From an uncultured Actinomycetes bacterium (GTDB taxonomy: Bacteria; Actinomycetota; Actinomycetes; S36-B12; CAIYMF01): DNA of 32,000 nucleotides. The notes beneath the pieces are model-generated. The model was not told the DNA's origin. It saw nothing but the letters and a program-made list of their open reading frames with translations, and made no database searches. Shown piece after piece: positions 18,283-26,797 of the stretch; within the stretch, counting starts at the first letter, position 1, and every line of letters starts with the position of its first letter. Where the stretch lies: contig CAWJMG010000003.1 of NCBI GenBank assembly GCA_963843975.1, positions 210,001 to 242,000 of the forward strand, given 5' to 3'. A program made the translations under genes and the position numbers.

Positions 18283-18414
18283 ACCGCCCGACCTCGCCCG
18301 CACCTGCGCCCCGACGGCGCTGGCCGCCCTCCGGCACCCCGCCGGCGGGCGCTGCTCGTGCATCGACGCAGGTCAGAGCACCGTGGACGTCGTCCGGCGG
18401 GCTGGGAGACCACG

Positions 18415-20133
18415 ATGCACCTCGCCCGAGGAGTCAGCCCCGGCGGCGACCCCGGCCCGCTCACCCCGCTCGCCCTGATCCTCCTGGTGGCGGTGCTCGC
18501 CCTCGTGGCCGCCCTGGTCTGGCTGGTCCTGCGATCCCGTCGGCACGACGCCGAGCTGCTGCGCGACCGCGATGCCGCAGTGGCGACCGCGGTCGACGCC
18601 GAGCTGGGACGCCGCCAGCGCGACCTGGACGACCGCGCCGCCAAGCTGATCGGCGATGCGCAGTCGGACGCCGATCGCAGCCTCACCGTGGCCGCGCAGG
18701 CGCTCGCCTCGGCCGAGCAGGTCCGCGCCGAGGCGGCGGACGACGTCCGTCGCGCGGAGGAGCGGCGTACGCAGGTCGAGGCCGACGTCGCCGCCGCCCG
18801 GGCCGAGCTCGCCGCGCTCCGCGAGGAGGCGCAGCGCCGCGAGGACCGCCTGGTCGAGCGCGAGACGCGCCTCGACTCCGAGCTCGCCGAGCTGGGCGGC
18901 CGGCTCGACGCCGTCGCCGCTGCCGAGGCCGCACTCGTCGCCCGGCAGGTCGTGGTCGCCGATGCCGAGGCTCAGCTCGCCGCGGAGCGGGCCGTGGCGC
19001 TCGAGCGCGTGGCCGAGATGACCGCCTCCGACGCCAAGGCCGAGCTCGTCGCCACCATCGAGGCGACGGCCAAGCGCGAGGCCGCGCTGACCGTCCGCGA
19101 GATCGAGCGCGAGGCCAAGGAGGAGGGGGAGGACCGAGCCCGGCGCATCGTCACCCTCGCCGCCCAGCGCATCGCCACCGAGCAGACGGCGGAGTCGACC
19201 GTGTCGGTCCTGCACCTGCCGGACGACTCGATGAAGGGCCGCATCATCGGCCGCGAGGGCCGCAACATCCGCACCTTCGAGGCGGTCACGGGCGTCAACC
19301 TGCTCATCGACGACACCCCCGAGGCCGTGCTGCTGTCGAGCTTCGACCCGGTGCGCCGCGAGATCGCGCGCGTGACCCTCGAGGCGCTGATCACCGACGG
19401 GCGCATCCAGCCGAGCCGCATCGAGGACGAGTACGAGCGCGCGCGGCTCGAGGTCGACGCGCGCTGCATCCGTGCCGCGGAGGACGCCCTCGTCGACCTC
19501 GGCATCGGCGACATGCACCCCGACCTGATCGCGCTGCTCGGCCGCCTGAAGTTCCGCACGTCGTACGGGCAGAACGTGCTCGGCCACCTCGTCGAGGCAG
19601 CGCACCTCGCCGGGATCATGGCCGCCGAGCTGCGGCTGCCCGTCGAGCACTCCAAGCGGTGCGCGCTGCTGCACGACATCGGCAAGGCGCTCACGCACGA
19701 GGTCGAGGGCTCGCACGCCCTCATCGGCGCCGAGGTCGCGCGTCGGTACGGCGAGCACGAGGACGTCGTGCACGCCATCGAGGCGCACCACAACGAGGTC
19801 GAGGTGCGCACCCTCGAGGCGGTGCTCACCCAGACCGCCGACGGTATGAGCGGCGGTCGCCCTGGGGCCCGACGCGAGTCGCTCGAGCACTACGTCGAGC
19901 GGCTCGAGCGGCTCGAGTCGATCGCGTCGTCGTACCCCGGCGTCGAGAAGGTGTTCGCGATGCAGGCGGGTCGCGAGGTCCGCGTCGTCGTGGTGCCCGA
20001 GCAGATCGACGACATCGGCATGCAGGTGCTCGCGCGCGACATCGCCGCGGAGATCGAGCACGAGCTCACCTACCCCGGCCAGATCCGCGTCACCGTCGTC
20101 CGCGAGTCGAGGGCCACCGGCCTCGCCCGCTGA
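18415..20133 (+). CDS. rny: Ribonuclease Y
   Basis: Start chosen at ATG 18415 (GGGAGA 5 nt upstream) within track ORF 18358..20133. N-terminal TM helix, long coiled coil, KH domain GRIIGREGRNIRTFEAVTGV, and HD domain LLHDIGKA. Confidence 0.95.
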   Translation: MHLARGVSPGGDPGPLTPLALILLVAVLALVAALVWLVLRSRRHDAELLRDRDAAVATAVDAELGRRQRDLDDRAAKLIGDAQSDADRSLTVAAQALASAEQVRAEAADDVRRAEERRTQVEADVAAARAELAALREEAQRREDRLVERETRLDSELAELGGRLDAVAAAEAALVARQVVVADAEAQLAAERAVALERVAEMTASDAKAELVATIEATAKREAALTVREIEREAKEEGEDRARRIVTLAAQRIATEQTAESTVSVLHLPDDSMKGRIIGREGRNIRTFEAVTGVNLLIDDTPEAVLLSSFDPVRREIARVTLEALITDGRIQPSRIEDEYERARLEVDARCIRAAEDALVDLGIGDMHPDLIALLGRLKFRTSYGQNVLGHLVEAAHLAGIMAAELRLPVEHSKRCALLHDIGKALTHEVEGSHALIGAEVARRYGEHEDVVHAIEAHHNEVEVRTLEAVLTQTADGMSGGRPGARRESLEHYVERLERLESIASSYPGVEKVFAMQAGREVRVVVVPEQIDDIGMQVLARDIAAEIEHELTYPGQIRVTVVRESRATGLAR

Positions 20134-20153
20134 CCCCTGTTTGCGATGAAGGG

Positions 20154-20248
20154 TGGGCCCCCGCTGGGCGAAGATGGCCGAAGTCCCCTACTGGCGTCGT
20201 CGGCTGCGCCTCCTCGCCAGCGGGGGCCCAGCCCAGTAGGGGACTTCG
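20154..20248. repeat. Two perfect inverted repeats interleaved in the order A-B-A'-B'
   Basis: A TGGGCCCCCGCTGG (20154-20167) pairs with A' CCAGCGGGGGCCCA (20217-20230). B CGAAGTCCCCTACTGG (20179-20194) pairs with B' CCAGTAGGGGACTTCG (20233-20248). Both pairs are exact reverse complements. Confidence 0.85.
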
Positions 20249-20388
20249 TTGCTAAGAGCGCAACAAACGAGGCATTCACGGGGGCGGCTTCTGCGGTCGG
20301 GGTGCCGGGCATCGGGCGCGGCGGCGTATGGCGTCCGGCCTCCGGGCCGTAGCCTCGCGCGCATGACTCGGCGTACGGCGGTGAGCGC

Positions 20389-21102
20389 GTGAGCGGCACC
20401 GCGCCGCGGCCCGTGGCGTCGAAGCAGGACCTCCCGCTCGTCACCCGCCGCGGCGGGGCGCGGGGTGCAGTGGCCGCCGCGGCCGTGGTGGCCGGGCTGG
20501 CCGTCCTGATCGCGCGCGACTGGGCTCCGCTCGTGTCGTTCGACCGCGGCGTGCTCGAGGCCGTACGCCGCTGGGCGCTCCAGAACGACTGGGCCGTGGA
20601 GGCATCCCGCTTCCTCGCCGACCTCGGCAGCCTCCGCGTCGCGGCCTGGGTGGCGGTCGCCGGGGTGCTGCTGCTGCTCGCCCGCCGCCGCTACTGGCAG
20701 GCACTCACCCTGGGGCTCCTGGCTGCGCTCGCCCCGTGGATCACCGACCTCATCAAGCCGTTCGTCGCGCGCGAGCGACCGATCTGGGACGTCCCGTTCG
20801 CCCTCGAGGACACGTTCTCCTACCCGTCCGGCCACGCCACGGGCGGCATCGCGGTGTACGTCGCCGTGGGGGTCGCGCTCGGCAGCCTGCTGCGCAGCCG
20901 CAGCTGGGGTGCGCTCGTCGCGCTGCCGTTCGTCCTCGTCGGGGTCGCGATCGGGCTGTCGCGCATGGTGCTCGGCGTTCACTACCCGAGCGACGTCCTC
21001 GGCGGCTGGTGCGTGGCGATCGCGGTCGCGGGGCTGCTCGGCGCGTTGTTCGTGCTCCCGGCGTACGACGCGGTCGTCCCTCCGGCGAGGCTGCGGCACT
21101 GA
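20389..21102 (+). CDS. PAP2 family phosphatase (membrane)
   Basis: Track ORF of 237 aa. Carries the three PAP2 motifs KPFVARERP, YPSGHA and SRMVLGVHYPSD. Confidence 0.85.
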   Translation: MSGTAPRPVASKQDLPLVTRRGGARGAVAAAAVVAGLAVLIARDWAPLVSFDRGVLEAVRRWALQNDWAVEASRFLADLGSLRVAAWVAVAGVLLLLARRRYWQALTLGLLAALAPWITDLIKPFVARERPIWDVPFALEDTFSYPSGHATGGIAVYVAVGVALGSLLRSRSWGALVALPFVLVGVAIGLSRMVLGVHYPSDVLGGWCVAIAVAGLLGALFVLPAYDAVVPPARLRH

Positions 21103-21114
21103 GGCCGCGCCGGG

Positions 21115-21447
21115 TCAGGCGGCGTCGTTGTGCGCCACGGCCACGCGCGCCCAGGGCAGCCAGCGCGCCGACGAGCTGAGAGGTACGACGACCCAGTCCG
21201 GCAGCGCGGCGTTGAGCGTGCTCGGGGCCCAGGTGTGCGCCCCGTCGACCGCGAGCGCCTCGGCATGCTCGAGTGTGGAGACCGGGAGCCGGAACACCAT
21301 CGTCTCGCGCTCGAGGCAGGCGACCCCGAGGCCGGAGTGCTTGAGCGCCCGATGCCCGAAGGCCATGCCGATCGACACGCCCTCGGTGCGCATCTCCAGC
21401 GCCAGCGCATCGAACATGGTCCGGGCCGACGCGGTCGCTGGTGTCAT
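21115..21447 (-). CDS. Small hypothetical protein (110 aa), possibly TfoX N-terminal-domain-like
   Basis: C-terminal part of track ORF 21115..22836, with start at the internal ATG 21447. [39 protein letters not shown]...VFRLP. The family assignment is from memory only. Confidence 0.4.
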   Translation of the reverse strand: MTPATASARTMFDALALEMRTEGVSIGMAFGHRALKHSGLGVACLERETMVFRLPVSTLEHAEALAVDGAHTWAPSTLNAALPDWVVVPLSSSARWLPWARVAVAHNDAA

Positions 21448-21531
21448 GCCTGCCACCGTACGCGCTCCCGCCGTACGCCGACGCCACGGGATTCGGGGCG
21501 GGCGCCGGTCGCCACGTACCCTGTGACCACC

Positions 21532-22977
21532 ATGCGCACGTACGAGGTCCGCACCTACGGGTGCCAGATGAACGTCCACGACTCCGAGCGCCTCTCGGGC
21601 CTGCTCGAGGGCGCCGGCTACGTGCGCCCGGGCGAGGGCGAGCAGGCCGACGTCGTCGTGTTCAACACCTGCGCCGTGCGTGAGAACGCCGACAACCGCC
21701 TCTACGGCAACCTCGGCCATCTCAAGCCGATCAAGGACGCGCACCCCGGCATGCAGATCGCCGTCGGCGGCTGCATGGCGCAGAAGGACCGCGGCGAGGT
21801 CGTGCGCCGTGCCCCGTGGGTCGACGTCGTCTTCGGCACGCACAACATCGGCTCGCTCCCGGCGCTGCTCGAGCGGGCGCGCTCGCTCGAGGAGGCGCAG
21901 GTCGAGATCCTCGAGTCGCTCGAGGTCTTCCCGTCGACGCTGCCGACGCGACGCGAGTCGGCATACGCCGCGTGGGTGTCGATCAGCGTCGGCTGCAACA
22001 ACACCTGCACGTTCTGCATCGTGCCGTCGCTGCGCGGCAAGGAGAAGGACCGGCGTCCGGGCGACATCCTCGCCGAGATCGAGGCGCTCGTCGGCGAGGG
22101 CGTGTGCGAGGTGACGCTGCTCGGCCAGAACGTGAACGCGTACGGCGTCGAGTTCGGCGACCGCGCCGCGTTCGCCAAGCTGCTGCGCGCGTGCGGCTCG
22201 ATCGAGGGGCTGGAGCGCGTGCGCTTCACCTCGCCTCACCCCGCGGACTTCACCGACGACGTGATCGCCGCGATGGCCGAGACGCCGAACGTCATGCCGC
22301 AGCTGCACATGCCGCTGCAGAGCGGGTCGGACCGTCTGCTGAAGGCGATGCGCCGGTCGTACCGCAGCGAGAAGTACCTCGGCATCATCGAGCGCGTGCG
22401 CGCCGCGATGCCCGACGCCGCGATCACCACCGACATCATCGTCGGCTTCCCCGGCGAGACCGACGAGGACCACCAGGCCACGCTCGAGGTGGCGCGGGCC
22501 GCGCGCTTCGCCTCGGCGTTCACGTTCCAGTACTCGCCGCGGCCTGGCACGCCTGCAGCGACGTACGACGACCAGGTGCCGCCCGAGGTCGTGACGGAGC
22601 GCTACGCCTCGCTCGCCGCCCTGGTCGACGACATCGCGTGGGACGAGAACAAGAAGCTCGTGGGCCGCTCGGTCGAGCTGCTCGTGGCCGAGGGGGAGGG
22701 GCGCAAGGACGGCGCGACCCTGCGCCTGTCGGGCCGCGCGCCCGACAACCGCCTCGTGCACTTCGTGCCCGGCGACGAGCTGCCCCGGCCGGGCGACATG
22801 GTGACTGCGGAGATCACGTACGCCGCGCCGCACCACCTCGTGAGCGACCTGCCCGCGACCGCCCTGCGCCGCACCCGCAGCGGCGACGCCTGGGAGACCC
22901 GCCAGTCCGACGCGAGCTGCGCGACACCGCCCGCCAACGCGCCGGTCCTCCTAGGCCTGCCCACCCTCCCAGGCTGA
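21532..22977 (+). CDS. miaB: tRNA-2-methylthio-N6-dimethylallyladenosine synthase MiaB
   Basis: [19 protein letters not shown], radical-SAM cluster [13 protein letters not shown], and a C-terminal TRAM-like region. Start chosen at ATG 21532 inside track ORF 21130..22977. GTG 21523 is an alternative start. Confidence 0.95.
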   Translation: MRTYEVRTYGCQMNVHDSERLSGLLEGAGYVRPGEGEQADVVVFNTCAVRENADNRLYGNLGHLKPIKDAHPGMQIAVGGCMAQKDRGEVVRRAPWVDVVFGTHNIGSLPALLERARSLEEAQVEILESLEVFPSTLPTRRESAYAAWVSISVGCNNTCTFCIVPSLRGKEKDRRPGDILAEIEALVGEGVCEVTLLGQNVNAYGVEFGDRAAFAKLLRACGSIEGLERVRFTSPHPADFTDDVIAAMAETPNVMPQLHMPLQSGSDRLLKAMRRSYRSEKYLGIIERVRAAMPDAAITTDIIVGFPGETDEDHQATLEVARAARFASAFTFQYSPRPGTPAATYDDQVPPEVVTERYASLAALVDDIAWDENKKLVGRSVELLVAEGEGRKDGATLRLSGRAPDNRLVHFVPGDELPRPGDMVTAEITYAAPHHLVSDLPATALRRTRSGDAWETRQSDASCATPPANAPVLLGLPTLPG

Positions 22978-22986
22978 ACTGCGTTG

Positions 22987-23134
22987 TTCTTCCCTTAGGG
23001 AAGCAACCGGCAGTTCAACTGCACGAACCCCGCCCAGATGCGTGATCTTGAACAGCGGCACGGCCGCCGTCCGGGCGGCTTTCGCCCCTGAGGGTCACGA
23101 AGCGCCCTTGAGGGGCACTCTCGCGTCCACAACT
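22987..23134 (+). repeat. Mosaic intergenic repeat, copy 1 (modules P-Q ... R) just after the miaB stop
   Basis: P-Q (22987-23050) is 55/64 identical to 26885-26948. R (23083-23134) is 47/52 identical, ungapped, to 26788-26839. Confidence 0.85.
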
Positions 23135-23337
23135 CGCGCGGCTCGCCGTGGCGTCGGGCGCGACGCGGGTGAACGGCGTACGAACGTGCGGCGTGTCGGG
23201 AACCGCTGCGACCACCCCTACGTCGTACGGGCACGGTCCGCCGGTGGTGCTGGGCGCAGCCCACCGGCGGGACCGGCCAACCTCGCTCGGTGAGCCTCGC
23301 GTCGCCGCCCGCCCGAGCCGCGCATAGGGTCGGCGAC

Positions 23338-24036
23338 GTGATCACCGGCGTCGCGTTCGTGCCCAGCGCACCGCTGCTCGTGCCCCAGGTGGCGCAGGGC
23401 GCCGCCTCCGAGCTCGACGACGTCCGTGCCGCGTCCCTCGACGCCGTACGCCGTGCCCTCGCCACCCCGTCGCAGCGCGTCGTCATCGTCGGAGCAGGTA
23501 CGACGACCCGCACGAACGCAGCCGGGACGGCGTCCTTCCGCGGCTTCGGCGTCCCGCTCGACCTCCCGCTCGACCCCGCGTCGCCGGGCGGCGACCGCCT
23601 CCCGCTCGCGCTGAGCGTCGGTGCGTGGCTGCTCGCCCAGGTCGGCTGGCCGGGGGAGCGCCTCGCGCTCGAGGTGGCCGCCTCTGCGTACGACGACGAG
23701 CTCGACGACGCCGGCGCCGCGCTCGCGGCCGCATCAGAGACCACCGCGCTGATCGTCGTCGCCGACGGCTCGGCCGCGCGCAGCGAGAAGGCGCCGGCGC
23801 ACCTGCACCCGGGCGCGGAGGCGTTCGACGCATCGGTGGTGGCCGCACTCACGAGCGGCGACCCGGCGCAGCTCGCCGCGATCGACGCCGCCGCGGCGCA
23901 CGACGTGACTGCAGCCGGCCGACCTGCCTGGCGTACGGCGTCAGCAGCACTCGCCGGCCGCACGTTCGACGCGGCGCTGCTCAGCGACTCGGCCCCGTAC
24001 GGCGTCGGCTACGTCGTCGCAGCCTGGACGCCGTGA
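23338..24036 (+). CDS. Conserved hypothetical protein, resembling class III extradiol dioxygenase subunit B-like domain proteins
   Basis: VITGVAFVPSAPLLVPQVAQGAASELDDVRAASLDAVRRAL... GTG 23338 is in frame in track ORF 23290..24036. Family name recalled from similar actinobacterial genes and not verified. Confidence 0.5.
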   Translation: MITGVAFVPSAPLLVPQVAQGAASELDDVRAASLDAVRRALATPSQRVVIVGAGTTTRTNAAGTASFRGFGVPLDLPLDPASPGGDRLPLALSVGAWLLAQVGWPGERLALEVAASAYDDELDDAGAALAAASETTALIVVADGSAARSEKAPAHLHPGAEAFDASVVAALTSGDPAQLAAIDAAAAHDVTAAGRPAWRTASAALAGRTFDAALLSDSAPYGVGYVVAAWTP

Positions 24037-24060
24037 GCCGCACGCGTTGACCGTGCTCGC

Positions 24061-24579
24061 TCAGCCGCCGGGTGCGGTGAACGAGGCCAGGGTGTCGTTG
24101 ATCCAGTCCTCGCACGACATGCCGTCGATCGTGGTGCCCGGCTCGCAGCCGCTGCCCATCGCGCTGGCGTTGCCCCCGTCGTCGTGGCGCACGAGGGTCA
24201 CGAGCAGCGTCGTGATGCCGTCGGATCGCACGGTGGTGACCACGCCGATGCGGTTGGGCTCGTTGACGCGCAGCTGAGGCGTCACCTCGACCGCCGAGCC
24301 CGGACGACCGAGGCGCGCGCCGCTCTCGATCACGGCCTGCGAGCGCTGGTCGACGGGAAGGTCGAGCTGCTCCCACATCGGACCCATGAGATCGACCGAC
24401 TCGACGATCGCATCGTGGTTGGCGCGTGCATCGCTCGCGCCGGCGTTGTGCCCGAGGGCCCACATCGCGAAGCAGGTCAGCGAGACGCTCGCCAGCGCCG
24501 CAACCACGGTGAACGCCCAGCGCAGCCGGTTCGACTCCGTCGCCGGTGCGACCTCTCCGGTCAGCTCGTCGAGACTCAT
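24061..24579 (-). CDS. Hypothetical membrane-anchored protein (172 aa; one TM helix and a Cys-containing C-terminal domain predicted to lie outside the membrane)
   Basis: Track ORF. GAGGGGGAA RBS 7 nt upstream of the ATG. TM helix LRWAFTVVAALASVSLTCFAMWAL. Confidence 0.55.
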   Translation of the reverse strand: MSLDELTGEVAPATESNRLRWAFTVVAALASVSLTCFAMWALGHNAGASDARANHDAIVESVDLMGPMWEQLDLPVDQRSQAVIESGARLGRPGSAVEVTPQLRVNEPNRIGVVTTVRSDGITTLLVTLVRHDDGGNASAMGSGCEPGTTIDGMSCEDWINDTLASFTAPGG

Positions 24580-24785
24580 GCGGATTCCCCCTCGCAGTCA
24601 GGCCGAGGGTGACACAGAGGCTCGCCGTGCGCGGCCGTTTCGGCGTACGACGTGCCGGTCACCCCGTCACGCCGAACGCAGAGACGCGGGCAGGCGCGGA
24701 CGCCACAGCGCCTGAGTGGGCATCCCCAGGGCTTCCTGCCACGGTGCGGCGGACGTTGCCGCAAGCCGCGGTGGTGCAGAGCGCG

Positions 24786-25166
24786 TCAGGGTGTCGGGCT
24801 CGCGTGTGCGGCGATGACTCGCCATCCCGTGGCGGTGGTGTAGATCCACGTCCTCGTGAAGCTGAGCCGGGCCGAGAACTCCGTGCCGTCGAAGACTCCC
24901 TCGAGCGTGCCGCGGAACCACGTCACCCCCGTGTGCCCGTCGACGAGGACGGTGAGGTCGTGCTCCTCGACCTTCGTCAGCGCCTGACGTCGGGAACGCT
25001 GGATCGCGAGGTCGTCGCTCTTGGAGTAGCGGGCGCCGTCGGGGCCGCCGGTGTAGATCAGTCGGTCGTCCAGCAGGTCGTCGAGCGCGTCGGCGTCGCC
25101 GGCGAGCTGGGCCGCCTGGAGCCGGTGCTCCGCAGCGCGCAGCGCCTCCACCAGATCCTCGGGCAT
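24786..25166 (-). CDS. SnoaL-like / DUF4440 (NTF2 fold) protein
   Basis: Internal ATG 25166 preceded by GGAGGGAGGG. MPEDLVEALRAAEHRLQAAQLAGDADALDDLLDDRLIYTG...GWRVIAAHAS. Confidence 0.6.
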   Translation of the reverse strand: MPEDLVEALRAAEHRLQAAQLAGDADALDDLLDDRLIYTGGPDGARYSKSDDLAIQRSRRQALTKVEEHDLTVLVDGHTGVTWFRGTLEGVFDGTEFSARLSFTRTWIYTTATGWRVIAAHASPTP

Positions 25167-25352
25167 GACGCCCTCCCTCCGTGCCGCCGCCAAGACCCAA
25201 GGCGCAGCATGTCGCCTCGATGGTGCTCGAGAGAGTCCGACGTGAACGCGTGCTCTGCTGTCGGCGTACACGGCAGAGGCCGTCGCGCGCCGGTGATCGA
25301 TGCGGCGTCGACGTCCCTGGCGAGGTCGGGCTAGGCGGCTGGGCGCCTGCGA

Positions 25353-25787
25353 TCAGGCGGTCGGGTCCGGGGGAGTCGACTTCAGGGCGTCGACGGCCTT
25401 CTCGGCCACGCCCTCGACGGCGCCGGTGACGGAGTCGAGCTTGCCGCCGGTCTTGTCGCTGACGAAGGCGGTGGCCGACGACACCGCGCCGGTCACCTTG
25501 TCGCCGTGCTGGTCGGCGAGACCGGTGACGGCCTCCTTCGCCTGGCCCGCGAGCTCGCCGGCCTTGACGGCTGCCGTACCCGCCGCGGCCTTCGCCGTCT
25601 CGGCAGCGGGACCGGCTGCCGCCTTCGCCTGCCCGGCGACCTCGCCCGCCTTCTCGGCGAGGGGAGCCGCAGCCGCCGACGCCTTCTCCGCCAGCGGCGC
25701 GGCTGCGGCCGCTGCGGTGCCCGCGACCTCGGTGGCCTTGTCCTTGGCGCCGCCGAAGAGGCCCTTGATGCTGTCGAGAAGTCCCAT
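25353..25787 (-). CDS. MT0933/Rv0909-like 'antitoxin' family domain protein with an N-terminal Ala-rich repeat region
   Basis: TAGGAGGAAC RBS. C-terminal LADQHGDKVTGAVSSATAFVSDKTGGKLDSVTGAVEGVAEKAVDAL. N-terminal repeats AAPLAEKA x2 and GE(V/L)AGQAK x2. Confidence 0.6.
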   Translation of the reverse strand: MGLLDSIKGLFGGAKDKATEVAGTAAAAAAPLAEKASAAAAPLAEKAGEVAGQAKAAAGPAAETAKAAAGTAAVKAGELAGQAKEAVTGLADQHGDKVTGAVSSATAFVSDKTGGKLDSVTGAVEGVAEKAVDALKSTPPDPTA

Positions 25788-25858
25788 GTCGTTCCTCCTA
25801 GTTGGCCCGCGAGGGGAGGTCGCGCCGACGTCTCCGACGGTAGGGGAGGATGCGGGGC

Positions 25859-26797
25859 ATGGCCCCCGGTTCCGGCAATCCCGTCACGGTCGTGGCGGTC
25901 GTCGGGCCGACGGCGTCCGGGAAGTCCGACCTCGGGGTCGCACTCGCGCAGGCGCTCGGCGGCGAGGTGGTCAACGCCGACTCGATGCAGCTCTACCGCG
26001 GGATGGACGTCGGCACCGCGAAGCTCACGCCGTCCGAGCGCGGCGGCGTCCCGCACCACCTGCTCGACATCTGGGACGTCACCGAGCCGGCGTCGGTCGC
26101 GGAGTACCAGACCCTCGCGCGTGGTGTGCTCGAAGGGCTGCGCGATAGGTCGGTGACACCGGTGGTTGTGGGTGGTTCCGGGCTCTACGTGCGCGCGCTG
26201 CTCGACGATCTCGAGTTCCCCGGCACCGATCCCGATGTGCGGGCGCGGCTCGAGGCCGAGCTCGAGGAGGTCGGCTCGGGCGAGATGCACCGGCGACTTG
26301 CCGCGGTCGACCTCGCGGCGGCGTCCTCGATCCTGCCGACGAACGGGCGCCGCATCGTGCGCGCGCTCGAGGTCGTCGAGATCACCGGGAAGCCGTTCAC
26401 CGCGACGCTCCCCGCGGTCAACGACGTGTACCCCAACGTGCAGATCGGCCTCGACGTGCCGCGCCCGGTGCTTGACGCCCGGATCGATGCTCGGGTCGAG
26501 CGGATGTGGGCGGGCGGCCTCGTCGACGAGGTACGGCGGCTGCTCGACGTCGGCCTGCGCGAGGGTCGTACGGCGTCGCGCGCACTGGGCTACGCGCAGG
26601 TGATCCGCTTCCTCGACGGCGAGTGGAGCGAGGAGCAGGCGGTGGAGGAGACCCAGCGCGCGACCCGCCGCTTCGCCCGCCGCCAGGACACCTGGTTCCG
26701 CCGCGACGACCGAGTCCGCTGGCTGCCCCACGACAGCGACACCCTGCTCCCCGACGCCCTGGCCGCCGCCCGCGCTGGCGCCGCTTCCGCCCCTTAG
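25859..26797 (+). CDS. miaA: tRNA dimethylallyltransferase MiaA
   Basis: VVGPTASGKSDLGVALA, DSMQLYRGMDVGTAK. ATG 25859 is preferred (GGAGG 9 nt upstream) over the track start 25850, which directly abuts the SD. Confidence 0.95.
   Translation: MAPGSGNPVTVVAVVGPTASGKSDLGVALAQALGGEVVNADSMQLYRGMDVGTAKLTPSERGGVPHHLLDIWDVTEPASVAEYQTLARGVLEGLRDRSVTPVVVGGSGLYVRALLDDLEFPGTDPDVRARLEAELEEVGSGEMHRRLAAVDLAAASSILPTNGRRIVRALEVVEITGKPFTATLPAVNDVYPNVQIGLDVPRPVLDARIDARVERMWAGGLVDEVRRLLDVGLREGRTASRALGYAQVIRFLDGEWSEEQAVEETQRATRRFARRQDTWFRRDDRVRWLPHDSDTLLPDALAAARAGAASAP

Noticed and set aside
17858-18686. ORFs of 131-225 aa in the acyltransferase/rny intergenic region
   Set aside because: They overlap one another on both strands and are Arg/Gly/Pro/Ala-rich. 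They have no SDs or motifs. I treated them as high-GC artefacts, although the region is flagged as unusually long.
20154-20248. 6C-type small RNA (C-rich motifs)
   Set aside because: The C-runs here are base-paired with matching G-runs in the stems rather than exposed in hairpin loops. The genomic context is also not the one I associate with 6C RNA.
20146-20352. 68-aa plus-strand ORF across the interleaved inverted repeats
   Set aside because: It has no SD. Its sequence is dictated by the palindromic arms. It has no protein-like features.
21448-22836. Upstream 460 aa of the 573-aa minus ORF 21115..22836
   Set aside because: This part is antisense to miaB. Only the last 110 aa (21115..21447) lie outside miaB and have protein-like composition.
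22995-23963. 322-aa minus ORF and 26800..27021 73-aa minus ORF sharing the peptide RSRIWA..VQ.NCRLLP
   Set aside because: The shared peptide simply reflects translation of the shared P-Q repeat modules. The larger ORF is antisense to the LigB-like gene, and neither has coding features.
25353-25787. Toxin-antitoxin system
   Set aside because: Only the 'antitoxin'-named small domain is present. Its neighbours are miaA and a SnoaL-like protein, and there is no toxin candidate.
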